A stretch of DNA of 64,000 bases from assembly GCF_009834535.1 (NCBI RefSeq), contig NC_045696.1:42596001-42660000 (forward strand), written 5' to 3'. The stretch comes from Camelus ferus (taxonomy: Eukaryota). Below, in pieces: positions 38,047-49,152 of this stretch (the first letter of the stretch is position 1; every line of letters starts with the position of its first letter). The position numbers and the translations under genes were made by a program. Under the pieces are notes generated by a model that was not told the origin of the DNA, did not search any database, and saw nothing but the letters and a program-made list of their open reading frames with translations.

Positions 38047-39198
38047 CAGCAAATACCATGTTCTCCTGGGCACACACATTCACGCGAGTCCACAACGTCT
38101 CTCACTGTTGGGTCTATACTGAACTTCCCATAGACGCAGGAGATGGACTGCCATGGCACCTCCACCCCGTGTCCAGAGTTAATTGGAACACCTTGATTCA
38201 ATGGAATGCCGACAGGACAGCAAAATCACCCTGGGACTTGCGGCGGCAGACTATTGAAGAGATACTCCGATGTGAGCGGGGCATTGCCTCCCCCCCAATT
38301 GAAAGAACTGTATGGAATGGGTGGGGATGGATGAATAGTGTTTATGTAAAAATGAGAAATTTAAGCCCTCTCTGTCTTGAGCAGCAGTTTGAACACAAGG
38401 CTCCAAACCGCACAGTGGGGTGGCTCCCAGAAGAACTATGTGCCAAAATTATTTATAATGTAAATGCCTCCACCTGGTGGGATGGACGACCTTTAATTGG
38501 CGTAAACCCCACTGATTTCTTGCCACCAGGGTACCTGTGGGTATGCGGCACCCACGGATGGTGTTATCTCCCAGCTAAATGGACAGGGCGCTGTACTTGG
38601 GGTAGAGCTTACTTGCCCGGACATATCTGGCCCATTTTAACAGAGCGCCCCACAAACTGGGACCCACTGCACACCCGGTGGCACCAGGGAAAGCATGCAG
38701 CTTGATGGTTTTATCCTATGGCCCTGTTCCTGCCTGGTGCTGGGACCATCAGTGTCGAATTACAGGTAGAAGCTTTGGCTCAGCACATATCAGCTATACT
38801 GAATGTTACTAGAAGAGTTATAGAGAAATTGTTAGATGAGACTACCCAGATGCGAAAGGTGGTCTTACAAAATAGAATGGCATTAGATATTCTCACTGCA
38901 AGCCAGGGTGGCACATGTGCTATGCTACATATTGAATGTTGTATCTATATACCAGATCACCAGAAGGAAGTTAACTAAGGCACTGCATGAAATAGATCAG
39001 GAATTGGATTGCATAGATAATGTAACTCAAGACCCCCTTAAAAATTGGTGGTCATCCTTGACGTCCTCCTGGAGATGGAGCCTAGCTGTCCTGGCTATTG
39101 TAGCTGCCTGTGTATTAGTAGGATGCTGTACTCTATATTGTTGTTGTGGTTTTTGGGCACAATGCTCTGCCATGTGGGCTAGGGTCCCCAGGACCTAG
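38042..39198 (+). pseudogene. env: env (gamma-type SU-TM): SU open, TM disrupted
   Basis: SU NTMFSWAH...NVSHCWVYTELP (CWVC-like), LWVCG..GWCYLP.KWTGRC; decayed furin site QGKH; TGA 38703-38705; fusion peptide [33 protein letters not shown] followed by CX6CC (CAMLHIECC); frameshift near 38975; TM helix WSLAVLAIVAACVLVG; stop at 39198. Confidence 0.93.
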
Positions 39199-39207
39199 GC
39201 GGTGGAA
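39198..39207 (+). promoter_or_regulatory. Polypurine tract
   Basis: GGCGGTGGAA directly before the 3' LTR TG, resembling the ERV-L/S GGGGTGGA PPT. Confidence 0.7.
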
Positions 39208-39586
39208 TGTGAGCTGGCCTTGAGATGAGTTAAGGCCATGGGACCCAAGGCCATGATCAGAGCATGTTTGTAGTATGCAGTAAATAATTGCTCCACGCAT
39301 GTGTCAATTATATAAGGTTTAGAACTAGGAAAATAGAAGTACGCATGTGCTAGAGATATTCTGTAAGCCTAATGAACAAAGAAACTCAGACTGCGCATGT
39401 GCTGACAGAAAACAGATAAAAGCGGGACAGGTGCATCATAGGCGCACCTCCCTGTGGCAATAAAGTGTTGCTAACCCCATGGTGTCTCCGGCTGAAGTCT
39501 GTCTGGAGGTATTGCAACTCCTCATGCATTTTTTCGTTTGGGCTGCTCACCTCCTAGAACCCCACGTCAACCTCCCTCGGCTGACA
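39208..39586 (+). mobile_element. 3' LTR (379 bp)
   Basis: TGTGAGCTGGCC...GGCTGACA, preceded by a purine-rich tract and followed by TSD CTCAC; about 26 substitutions plus one 2-nt indel versus the 5' LTR (manual count). Confidence 0.96.
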
Positions 39587-40609
39587 CTCACATTTCTACA
39601 TATGGACAAAGATGATCTCTACAGGCCAAGAATCAGAGCTTGGAAGGGAAGCAGCTTACAGCTCCTTCCTTTCCAATCTTGGAAAAGTAAAGCTTACTTA
39701 CCTTTATTGCAGATAATTGCTCATCGATTGTTGGGCTCCTCCAATGTCTCCATCCAGGTCACAGCTAAGAGATCGAAGACACACAAATAGATAATTCATC
39801 CTTGGGAACATTTGGGAGTTCCAGTGGCCAGGAGAGTTGTTAATTCTAGGATTTCTGAGAGTTTGGAATCTTATGCTTTTTCTCCCCCTCAACTCCAGGT
39901 TTTTTTGACTGTGAATTTGAGGTTCTCATTCTGTTACACTCTTTACAACATATACACTTAAGATGTTTGGTTTTGGATTCAAATCTATGTATTCAGTTCA
40001 GTGCTATCACTACTACATATCTTTAATTCACCTCTGAAATTTATAACTTGCAGCCTTTCTCTTTTTAATTTTTTAAAAAGTTTCTTTCACCCCCAAAATT
40101 AGCTTTCCCAGGTAATACTTCTAAAAATAGTCTCTGATGGGAATTTGGAAGCCTAAGAGATAGCTGTGTCATCCTGTCTTAGAACCATTGGCTGGAGAAC
40201 ATTCACAACTTTGGGGGTCCTCTCAGGTTCTTTGGGCAAAGTTATACATGTCCTACACAAATATTACACATCCTTGCACATCTAAGCAAGATTTCTAAAC
40301 TCAGATGAATAACTTACTAGCTGGATGGGTTAGGAGAGGGTTTTTTGGTTTGTCATTTTTCATCAAGAGAAGACTGAAATCATCAGTCATCTGCTTTTCT
40401 TGAAGACTGCATTGGTCCTGGGCAGGGACAGTCTGGGGAGCTGAGAGGGAAGGATTAGTAGCTAAATTTTCCTACTCAAAGCCCAAACATGACCCTTGGT
40501 TAGCTGGTACAGGGACATTTTCACCCTGCAAAGGGCCTAGGAAGCTACAGCTATTAGATACATAAACATCACTTCTGTGATATCCTGGCCGAACAGACGA
40601 GAACTGGCT

Positions 40610-40700
40610 TCTGGTGCCATTAATCTGCAGTGCTTTGTGGATGAGTCACTTAGTCTTTCTTGGCCTCAGTTTCCTCATCTGTTAAATAAATGATTTGCAT
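40610..40700 (+). mobile_element. MIR fragment
   Basis: gtcacttagtctttcttggcctcagtttcctcatctgt. Confidence 0.7.
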
Positions 40701-41464
40701 TTAGTTCTCTTTGGAACATCTGTATTACTTCATTCACCAAATATTTAGTGAGCACCTGCAATGTACAAAGCACTCTAATGAGTGCTAGGTAATCAGCATA
40801 AATCTAAAGACACTTTGGGCAATTAATTCTCCAAGGTCCAGTTTTTTCACATGTAAACACGTGTTTCAAGTAACTCCTATTTTATAGGATTTTGAGAATA
40901 ACCTATATTCATGGGATACTTTATATAAAGAGGCAAAGCGCATGGGATGTGCTCAAGGTGTGGTAGTTATTGCTTTGCCTGTTATGAGTGGGCGTTGTAA
41001 GCTTTACCCTCATGGAGCCTCTGAAGGGATGCAGACAGTTGCAGTACCATAAGGGCTGGCGTAAGGCAAGGTTTCTGAAGGTAGATCATATAACCTTCCG
41101 CCCAGCAGTTGCCTGAAAGCAGCCTGTGATTTTACACTCTGAGCCTCAGGGTATCTGTTTCTCCACCTTTCATAGTCAAAGTCATGCATAAAGTCTGTTC
41201 TTCTATAGAGTTGGCAAAATCTAGTTTCCAGACTGAGTAGTCATCTTAAACTTCCCAAATTTTCCCAAGTTTTCTTAGCTTAAGAACACTTGATTAATGT
41301 CAAAAACTTTTTGCAGATTTTCTTAGGTATAATTTTTATTTTACTAGTTATTGAGCAATTGTGAAAATACATAGTGACAAATATTACTACATAGAAATAT
41401 ATTTGAAGTCAATTTATGTGTTTAAATCTCAATAGTATCTACATACTTTGAAAACCAGTACTAC

Positions 41465-41851
41465 ATCATTTAGAGTGCTCCAGGGAAACTGAACCAGTAG
41501 TTAGGCCATGAATAACTTACATTATTATGGGGGCTGGCAAGTCTGAAATCTGGGGGAAGGAGGAGGCCAGCAGGCTGGAAACTCTTTGGGGAGAAGGCTG
41601 ATGCTGCAGTGTTGAGGCAGAATTTCTCCTTCTTCAAGGAGCCTCAGTTTTGCTCTTAAAGACTCTCATCTGATTGCATGAGGTCTACTCTCATCTGATT
41701 GCATGATGCAGGGTGGTCTCCTTTACTTAGAGTTAACTTATTAGAGATGTTAATCATGTCTACAAAATACATTCATGACACCTAGATTAGTGCTGATTAA
41801 GTAACTGAGTATTAGAGCCTAGCCAAGTCGACTTACAGAATTGACTGTCAC
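41465..41851 (-). mobile_element. MLT2C/D-like (ERVL) LTR
   Basis: tccagggaaactgaaccagtag...gggctggcaagtctgaaatctg...ctagccaagtcgac...aattgactgtcaca. Confidence 0.8.
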
Positions 41852-43389
41852 AAATACACAATTCTAAAAAGTATTTTGCTTATTCATTCTATAAACAAAC
41901 AAACAAACAAACACTTAACAAGCTCATGGATTGAAGGGACTCTCTTTGGTCTAGGCGACAAGACCACACATTGGCTTCCGTAGGTTTACATCAATGAAGA
42001 CAGCACGGTTCTTGAAGAGCCACGGCTGTTCTATACTTACAAAAGAACGTTAGGCAAGTGTCCAATTGCTTTTCCCAGGGAAGACTCCAATTTTCCTTAT
42101 ATCAAAATTAGTGGACATGCCTGACTTACGTGGGGACACCGCGCAGCAGAACAAACAGGCTTCTGAGAACTCTGCACCTGTGATTTGTGATTCCTGTTTG
42201 TTGTTGAATACTTTTTTGTAAAAAACCCAGCTAGCAAAATATGACTGCTCCAGCTGGCTAACAAAGGCAGCATGGAGAGGATTATGAATTATTACTAAAC
42301 CATATTGATTTTTTGAAATGCTGGCTGAGATTTAAAAGGAAGCAGAGAAGCAAAATCCCTGATTGAGGAAGGCAGGGCCTTATACTGGTAGAGAAACATC
42401 TTTATAGACATTTCTAGGAAAAATATATTTTTATAAAACTAAGTCTTTTCATCTTAAATGCATTTTCTCATTTTTTTCTCTCACTGATTTTTTTCTCTCT
42501 CCCTTTCAATTCCCCTGGACAAAGACTTTACAAAACAATGCAAATTTTTATAGGCGCTGGTTCAAATAGATTGAAAGCAGCTAAGAAGAATTATTGCTGA
42601 ACAAACATTTACCTAATCTGAGAAATTCCATGTTACACATTAGTTGTTAAAGTTGCGTGGTTTTGTCATTACAAGAAGCTTGAAAGTGAGAAATCTTTTT
42701 TCTAATTCTAGACTAACCTTGGCACTGGCCAAATGTATTGCATCTCAAATTAATCTTTTAAAAAGGAATCCAGAGAAGGGAAATAAAAATAATTATAGAA
42801 ATTGAAAAGGCATTTGAGAAAAAGTTAAACTCTCGTGAGAAGAATTCTAAGGGCAAACTTGATTCCTGTCTTTGAGAATTTGTAGGACATTTAGGAGTGA
42901 GATGTTGGCCAGTTATACTCTGTCCACAAGGAAATAGTCGTAAGAAAATAATCTTAAATTAGTGGCAAGTGAGAGCTCTGTTGGACATGGGAGGTGCTTG
43001 ATCATATGGTGATAAAACACTGAAATTGCCTGCTGAGGGAAGCAATGCTGCCTTTCCCCCTAAACATGTATTATACTTGATAACAAATAGTCCTTGTTGA
43101 ATGAGAAATTTCCCCGCCTTAAGATGGGAGGCTTACCACATATGTTTTCAGTCTCCCATGCAGCTCTCACCAGACTGAATTGAAACTTTTATGTACAAAA
43201 GTAGGTATTTATTGGATATATACCAGGTTAGTTTTTCTACGTTGCCATGACAAATTATCACAAACTTTTTGGCTTAAAATAACACAGATGTGTTATCTTA
43301 CAGTTCTATTGTTCAGAAATTCAGGAGGAGTCTCACCTGTTGGCAGGCTATGCTTCTTTCTGCAGGCTCTAGGAGAGAAGCAGAGTGGT

Positions 43390-44300
43390 AAAATGACCAA
43401 CTTTGTTTATTACTGGGGTCTGAGAAAGTGCAGAAAGGAAGATGTTTAAATAGAATCCCTTAGAATGAATAGGAGGAAGAGATTCCAATCTGAGGGAACA
43501 GCCTGGACAAGTGAGGTGCACGGCGCAGGCAGGGCTGTAAATATCTGGCATGTGTGAGTGTACCTAGATAGTCTAGAAAGCTGGGGGCCCAAGGAACTGG
43601 GAGGTCATCTTTTTGGCAATGAGAAAAAATTGGAAGAGTTCTAAAATAGGTTATGAAGGTCTGATTTTCATTTCAGAGAGATCATTGATGCAATACAAGT
43701 AGTAGCAGTAGAGATAAGAACTGGGAAAATAACTCAGAGAACAGCGCCTAAGTAAACTTAACAAGCCTTGGTGATGCATTTCTTATGGTTGGTGAAAGGT
43801 TGGGAAGAGGCAAGGCTGATGCCCTGGTCTCTGGTCTGAATGACGAGGTTGATGATGGTGCCACCACCCACAGTAGGAAACAGAGGAAGAGATTCTCGTG
43901 GGCACAGGTTGAGTGTCTGATACCTGCATGTGATCTGGGAACAGAGACTTGAAGCACAGAGAAGCGATTTGGATAGCATACACAAACTTCTAGAGTAGGG
44001 AGATCCCCAGAGAGATCGTGCGGAAGGAGGCAAGAGAGCCAATGTAAACTAGCAACAGTAACAGGGTAAACAAAGCACAAGAAATCTGTAACAGAGACAG
44101 AGGAAAGGCGATAAACCATGCCTAGCAGAGAAGAAGAAAGCCACAAAAAGAAAGCAGCCATTTTTTTTAATAGTGTCAATTTTAATGGATGAATAAAATT
44201 AGCTTGCCCAGATTTGATGACTGAATTTGTAAATTAGGACATTAAATTGGTTGTCTCAGGGGCAAATTTCGGTTTCTTTATGTTAAGGAGTGAAAGAGAA
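43390..44300 (-). mobile_element. L2 LINE region (decayed)
   Basis: GA-rich; gatgatggtgccacc...gttgagtgtctgatacctg...ttggata motifs. Confidence 0.55.
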
Positions 44301-44959
44301 AAAAGTAGCATTTGAAACAAACCAGTGGTCAATAATAATACTAAGTCATATGGTGCTAACTATGGTAGAATAGGAGTTTAGAGAAGGCGTATGTGACACC
44401 TGGTGAAATGGAAAAGATACATAATGAGATAGACGCAAAATTGAATTTGTTGCCAAAAGATGGATAGAGCAGTGATAAATAAAGGTGACTAGAGAAGACG
44501 TTCTAGGTGTAGGCGATTGAAAACATCAAAGTGGGGCTGGGCCTGCGGATTTGTGGAATAGTGTAAGTGGAGCGAAGTTTCCTTAATAGGAAGCATGGGC
44601 AAAAATTTGAGATGGAAAGAGGGAGGCTACATTATTTAAAGCATGATGGTTAAGAATAGGAATAAAGTATAATAACCAGGGAGATCATGAGGGTCTCTTA
44701 GTATGGAATGACGTGATTAAAGAATGTTTGAACACGTAGCTTGAATATCACATCAGAGGACAGGGGTTTCTCTCCCTCTTACTTTTCTAATTGCCACTGG
44801 CTACCCTGTCCACTCCAGAAATCACACCTGGAAGATACTCTCTCAAGGAATGGTGGCAAAAGAAGGAGTGTGGGACTGGGTGCAGGGAGACCAAGAAGTG
44901 ATGGGAGGAGTCATGCAAGGTGGGGGGTGAAGTTGGCTTGGCAAGAACAATGAACTTTG

Positions 44960-45120
44960 ATAGATATCTTATGTAAGCATCTCCTGTAATTCTCCCAACA
45001 AACCTGAAAGTCATTTACACAGTGTATCTATTTTGCAGGTGAGAAAATTCGGTCTCAAATAGTTACTAAGCAGAAGAGGTGCGAATCAAACCCAGGTTCT
45101 CTCTGCCTCCAAAGCCCGAA
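44960..45120 (-). mobile_element. MIR SINE
   Basis: ttttgcaggtgagaaaatt...aatcaaacccagg...tctgcctccaaagccc. Confidence 0.65.
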
Positions 45121-45614
45121 GAATATTAAAATAAAAGGTATGGCTTCAATAGCTTTTTTCTTTCAAAGATAAGGAAGTTAAGTAAATAAGGTCAAAGATT
45201 GTCTTTAATTTAAAGTTACAGAGTACTTGGAAATGTAGAAAACTTACAGGACTCTACACAATGGCTTTTGATACCCTGCCTTCCTGGGTTGTTTCTACTC
45301 ATTGTAGAAGTTCCAGTTTCTGGGAAGCTTTTCAGTGCACCTCCAGTTGGATTAGGAGGCTTCCTAATTGTGATCATCTTCATCACAACACTTGTAAGAC
45401 TATATTATAGTTAATGATTTACTTGCGCTTCACTGTGAATGTTTTAAATTTCCATATTGCTGCCTAACTTCAGTGTCTTTACATAGTAGGTACTCAGTGG
45501 TTGTTCAGACATCAGTGGATGATAAAAAACTAAATGCATCAACAAAAATTAGAAGTGACTTCTGATTTAATTTAATTTAATGAACATGTATCCACTACCA
45601 ATGTTTTTTCTAGA

Positions 45615-46021
45615 TGTTGCAGCAAAAAAACGGCCTCTGTACCCTGAAAAATGGGTTGAGACACGGAGGCAGAATTCTGAGAAAATCAGAAAAGAACAGC
45701 TTTCCTGCTTTGCCAGGCCAAGGGGAGTCACTGCAGGCTTATATCTTAGAGATGGTGACTCTGCCTTGGGGTTGGGGGCTTGAGGTTTTATGGAAAAACT
45801 GGATAGAATGGAAACGGTGATAACAATCAGGGCATTTTAGAGGGTGCTGCATTCCTCTTAACCTCGAGGAATCCTGGCTTTAGGGAGGAGCCCTGGAGGG
45901 TCTGGGTATTCTTCTGAGATTACTGGCCCATTACCTGCTTCCTGGAGCACAGCCTCTGTGTTAAAGCTGCTCTTGGTGGGGGTTGGTTAGAAGCCAGTTA
46001 GTTTGCCCCCCCATTCCTTCA
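45615..46021 (-). mobile_element. ERV1-type solo LTR (probably lineage-specific family)
   Basis: TG...CA termini, 4-bp flanks TAGA/CAGA; homologous to 61916-62402. Confidence 0.75.
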
Positions 46022-47359
46022 CAGACAGTATCCTCTGTGCTATATTTCTTCTCCTGTAGGTGCTGACAAAATAATGGGCATTATATATGCAAATAATTAT
46101 AAATGAAAGACAGCCTGTGATAAATTGTTTAATAGGCATATAAGCAAAGACCTATGGAGATGAGAACGAGGACGCGATGGTACCAGCTGAGATTCAATAT
46201 CTCCAGGTCTGACCGGTAGTTTCTAGCATTGGTAATTTAAGAGACATATCTATTACATACATTTCTTCAAAAGATCACAAAATATCTTAGAGTCAGTATT
46301 TCATGAATTCTACTTGAAATTTAGATAGCAAATATCTTTAGTTTGTGAATGAGGATTGATAGGCACAAAATACTGATAATCTTCACTGTAATTCAATGCC
46401 CATTTCCCTGATTGTTTCTCCTTCGCATTTCTTTTTCTTTTCATCCATGCTTCACATTGCCGAAGCATTAATTTTTCTGGAAGCAAATCTCTTGCTATCA
46501 TGCCTTTTGTTAAACACTCAGGATATTTAGATGTCTTAGCCTCCTAATGAGGCCATCTGATGTAACCTACCTTTTTAGCCTCACTTGCTTCTGCTCTCAA
46601 TACTTCACGTAGACTGGGAACCACTGTGCTCTGCATATAGTCTGTCCTTTGCTGCCTCTGCATCTTGCTCCTGCAGTTCTTTCTCTCTGCTGGGACTGCC
46701 TTTGCCCATTTCCTCTTGTCCAAATTCCACCCACCTTGAGGGTCAAACTGAGAGGAAAACCTGTCTCTCTTACATAATTCATCTTCATTTATTTTACTTC
46801 CCAATCATACCTGCCTTGCTTAATTGAAAATTCTTTAAGGCAAAAATCTGCATCTCATTCATCTTTGCATCTATTCAGTGCTTTTAAAGAAGTATCTTTT
46901 AAGTACAAAATGTAGATAAATACTTGTTTGGTAAATAATGCTGAACATATAATGGATGAATGGAATATATCTCATCTCATCAGTTTTCACATATTTCAAT
47001 ACTTGTAACATACGTGAATAAAATGTTGTGCACTTCTGAATCAAATACTCAGTTGTGGTATACAGTCAACCAATACTTGCATTCCTTCCAAGACAAGCCC
47101 TATCATAATGTTAGATCTGGATGAAGACCAAGATTAATACTGAGAAAAGCACTGTGCTAAGTGCTGGAGATTCCAAGAGACACAGAGTAGAGTTCCTGTA
47201 ATCCTGCATGTTCCACGTATACATGGGATAAACACGACACACTCATGAAAAGTCACCGGACAATAGCCAGGAACATGGGTTAAGCCACAGCTGAGCTGTG
47301 TACCTGATGGGTGATTCTGGAAGTGAATGTGTGGGGAATTATTGTGAGATAATTACAAT

Positions 47360-47600
47360 TTAGGAACACAGAGTTTCACGTTAGCAGGTCTGGGTTTGAA
47401 CCTTGACTCTGTCTAGCTGTGTGACATTGGGCAAACTACTTAATTTCTTGGTAAGTGAATTTTCTGATCTGTGAATTAAGATAATCAGAATGCTATGTGC
47501 TTCATAGGGTAGTTGTGAAGATTAAGATTATATATATTTAATCTAAGATTGTGTGCCTGTCTATCTATCTATCTGGCACAGTGTTTGACACACAGTAAAA
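47360..47600 (+). mobile_element. MIR SINE
   Basis: ctgggtttgaaccttgactctg...agctgtgtgacattgggcaaactacttaa...gttgtgaagattaa. Confidence 0.8.
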
Positions 47601-48296
47601 TGTTACAATTTAAACATTTTTTCATTATTTGTGTATAAAGAAAATTGGGAAGATTTCTGGGGGAGACAGAATTTGGGTCTGAATCCGAGGGATAAGGGAA
47701 ACTTCTGTGGGAGGGGAAAGGTGAGGAGAAGAGCATTCAAGGGACTGAATTAGAAAAGAGGAAATTCAGCCTTTAGTGGACTTTCTTTCTGATGCACCTC
47801 CAAAAAGTAAATTGCTTTTAGTTCAGGAAGCTTAAGGAAATGTAAGAGAATGCCTGAAATTATTCCTCCAAGATGACTGGTAATGCACTTAAAAATGGCT
47901 TTAGTTGTGGCATAGGACTTTTAACAAGAGCAATAGCCGTCAGAAAATGGACATCAATAGAATCAGAAGGTCTTTTTTTAGAAGAAATCCATAGTGTACC
48001 TGAGCATTCAGACCTTGTAGGTTATCCTGATCTGAAATAAAGTGCTGAGGGTGAGTCAGTGTCAGAGGCTGGGTGACTTAGCTACCCTGACCCTTCTGAC
48101 TCTTCACTCTGAGACTTCAGTGAGTCCTGGGTCTTATTTCAGGGAAGGAGCCCATGGGAAACGTGAACTTTGTCGTTATTCCTTGGGACCCTCTGAGCAA
48201 ATGAAGATTTCCTCCTCCTGTGAGAGGTGGCTGTGACAGAGGGCTGGGAGTGGGGGCATCCTGCTGTCAGACTCTTGGAAGGCAAAGAAAGGACAG

Positions 48297-48808
48297 TGTT
48301 GGGAGGGGCAATTTCCCCCTCTCCTCTCTTGAGTTCTTGTGGCCGGGCTAACAAAATTGACATAAGACAGATTAATAGGAGGAAAAAGAAATGAATTTTA
48401 AATCATGCACATGGAGGTCTTCTAAAAATAGGACCTAAGAAGTGGCCAAAGCAGGCAGCTTTTATACTTTTAGACAAAGAAACAATAAATTGGTGATGAA
48501 TTGACAGGACTAAAATAAACTTAGGTTTTGGGTGCTCAGTTAGTGAAGAATCTAGACAGAGTTTGGCCTTGGGGGAGGAAACTGAAGAAGGAATAGGATT
48601 TGTTTACACAGGCTTTCCTGTCTTCGGCCATAACAGTGTCTCTCTACCTTCCAGATGCAGGGAGTGCACCTTTCACATGAGAGATTTATTTCCTGCTTTC
48701 AGGAAGACAGAAAGGAAGACAGGTCAGAGTGTTCTTCTTTTGTTGGCCATTTCTTAAGGAACTGTAATTCAAAATATGCAATATGCCATCCCTTCCTGAG
48801 CCCCAACA
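48297..48808 (-). mobile_element. MER34-like ERV1 LTR
   Basis: aaattgacataagacagattaataggagg...ggtcagagtg...taattcaaaatatgcaatatgcca...cctgagccccaaca. Confidence 0.7.
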
Positions 48809-49039
48809 GTAGCTTCCATTCTTTGGATGCAAAGTGAAGCTTCTGTCAGATGTCTAGGTTGTAGGGTCAGAGATGAATTGTGCTATAGGATAACAAAGCA
48901 CAGGCTTTGGACCAGTCATGGGGGATTCAAACCATGTCATGCTCCGTACCCAAATGAAAGTGATTGAAATGGAAGGTATGGGCTGGTGTGGTTTAAGAAC
49001 ACCATCTCCACATTAGACTTCCTGTATTCAAATCTCTGT

Positions 49040-49152
49040 ATAGGGTGATCAACCAACCGGATTTCTTTGGGATGGAGAGATGTCCTGAAACACAGGACTT
49101 TCAATGCTAAAACCGGGACAGTGTTGAGCAAACTAGCATAGATGATAACTTT
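49040..49152. mobile_element. MER81-like hAT-Blackjack MITE
   Basis: tagggtgatcaacc...ggactttcaatgctaaaaccgggacagt. Confidence 0.7.

Larger units (their letters stand above)
33189..39586 (+). mobile_element. Defective two-LTR endogenous retrovirus, class III ERV-S (HERV-S-like) with gamma-type env
   Basis: Paired LTRs 33189-33569 and 39208-39586; identical 5-bp flanks CTCAC (33184-33188 and 39587-39591); PBS-Ser; gag, protease (LVDTGA), RT (LPQG, YIDD), RNase H (WYTDG), IN, env in order; many stops and frameshifts. Confidence 0.96.

Noticed and set aside
33709..38201. Multiple antisense ORFs within the provirus (e.g. 37671-38201, 35191-35598, 34267-34650)
   Set aside because: Expected shadows of GC-richer coding sequence; no recognisable motifs or expression signals.
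35251..38705. APOBEC3 hypermutation as cause of TGG-to-TGA stops (35251, 37753, 38703)
   Set aside because: The 3' contexts differ (C, G, T), many Trp codons are intact, and many other lesions fit CpG decay and indels.
41662..41706. Direct repeat actctcatctgattgcatga x2 (similar short duplications near 4041, 7998, 8987, 17972)
   Set aside because: Isolated two-copy local duplications typical of slippage or repair; no array or spacer structure, not CRISPR-like.
43748..44179. Cluster of overlapping minus-strand ORFs
   Set aside because: Lies in a decayed L2; low-complexity CT-rich translation without RT/EN motifs.
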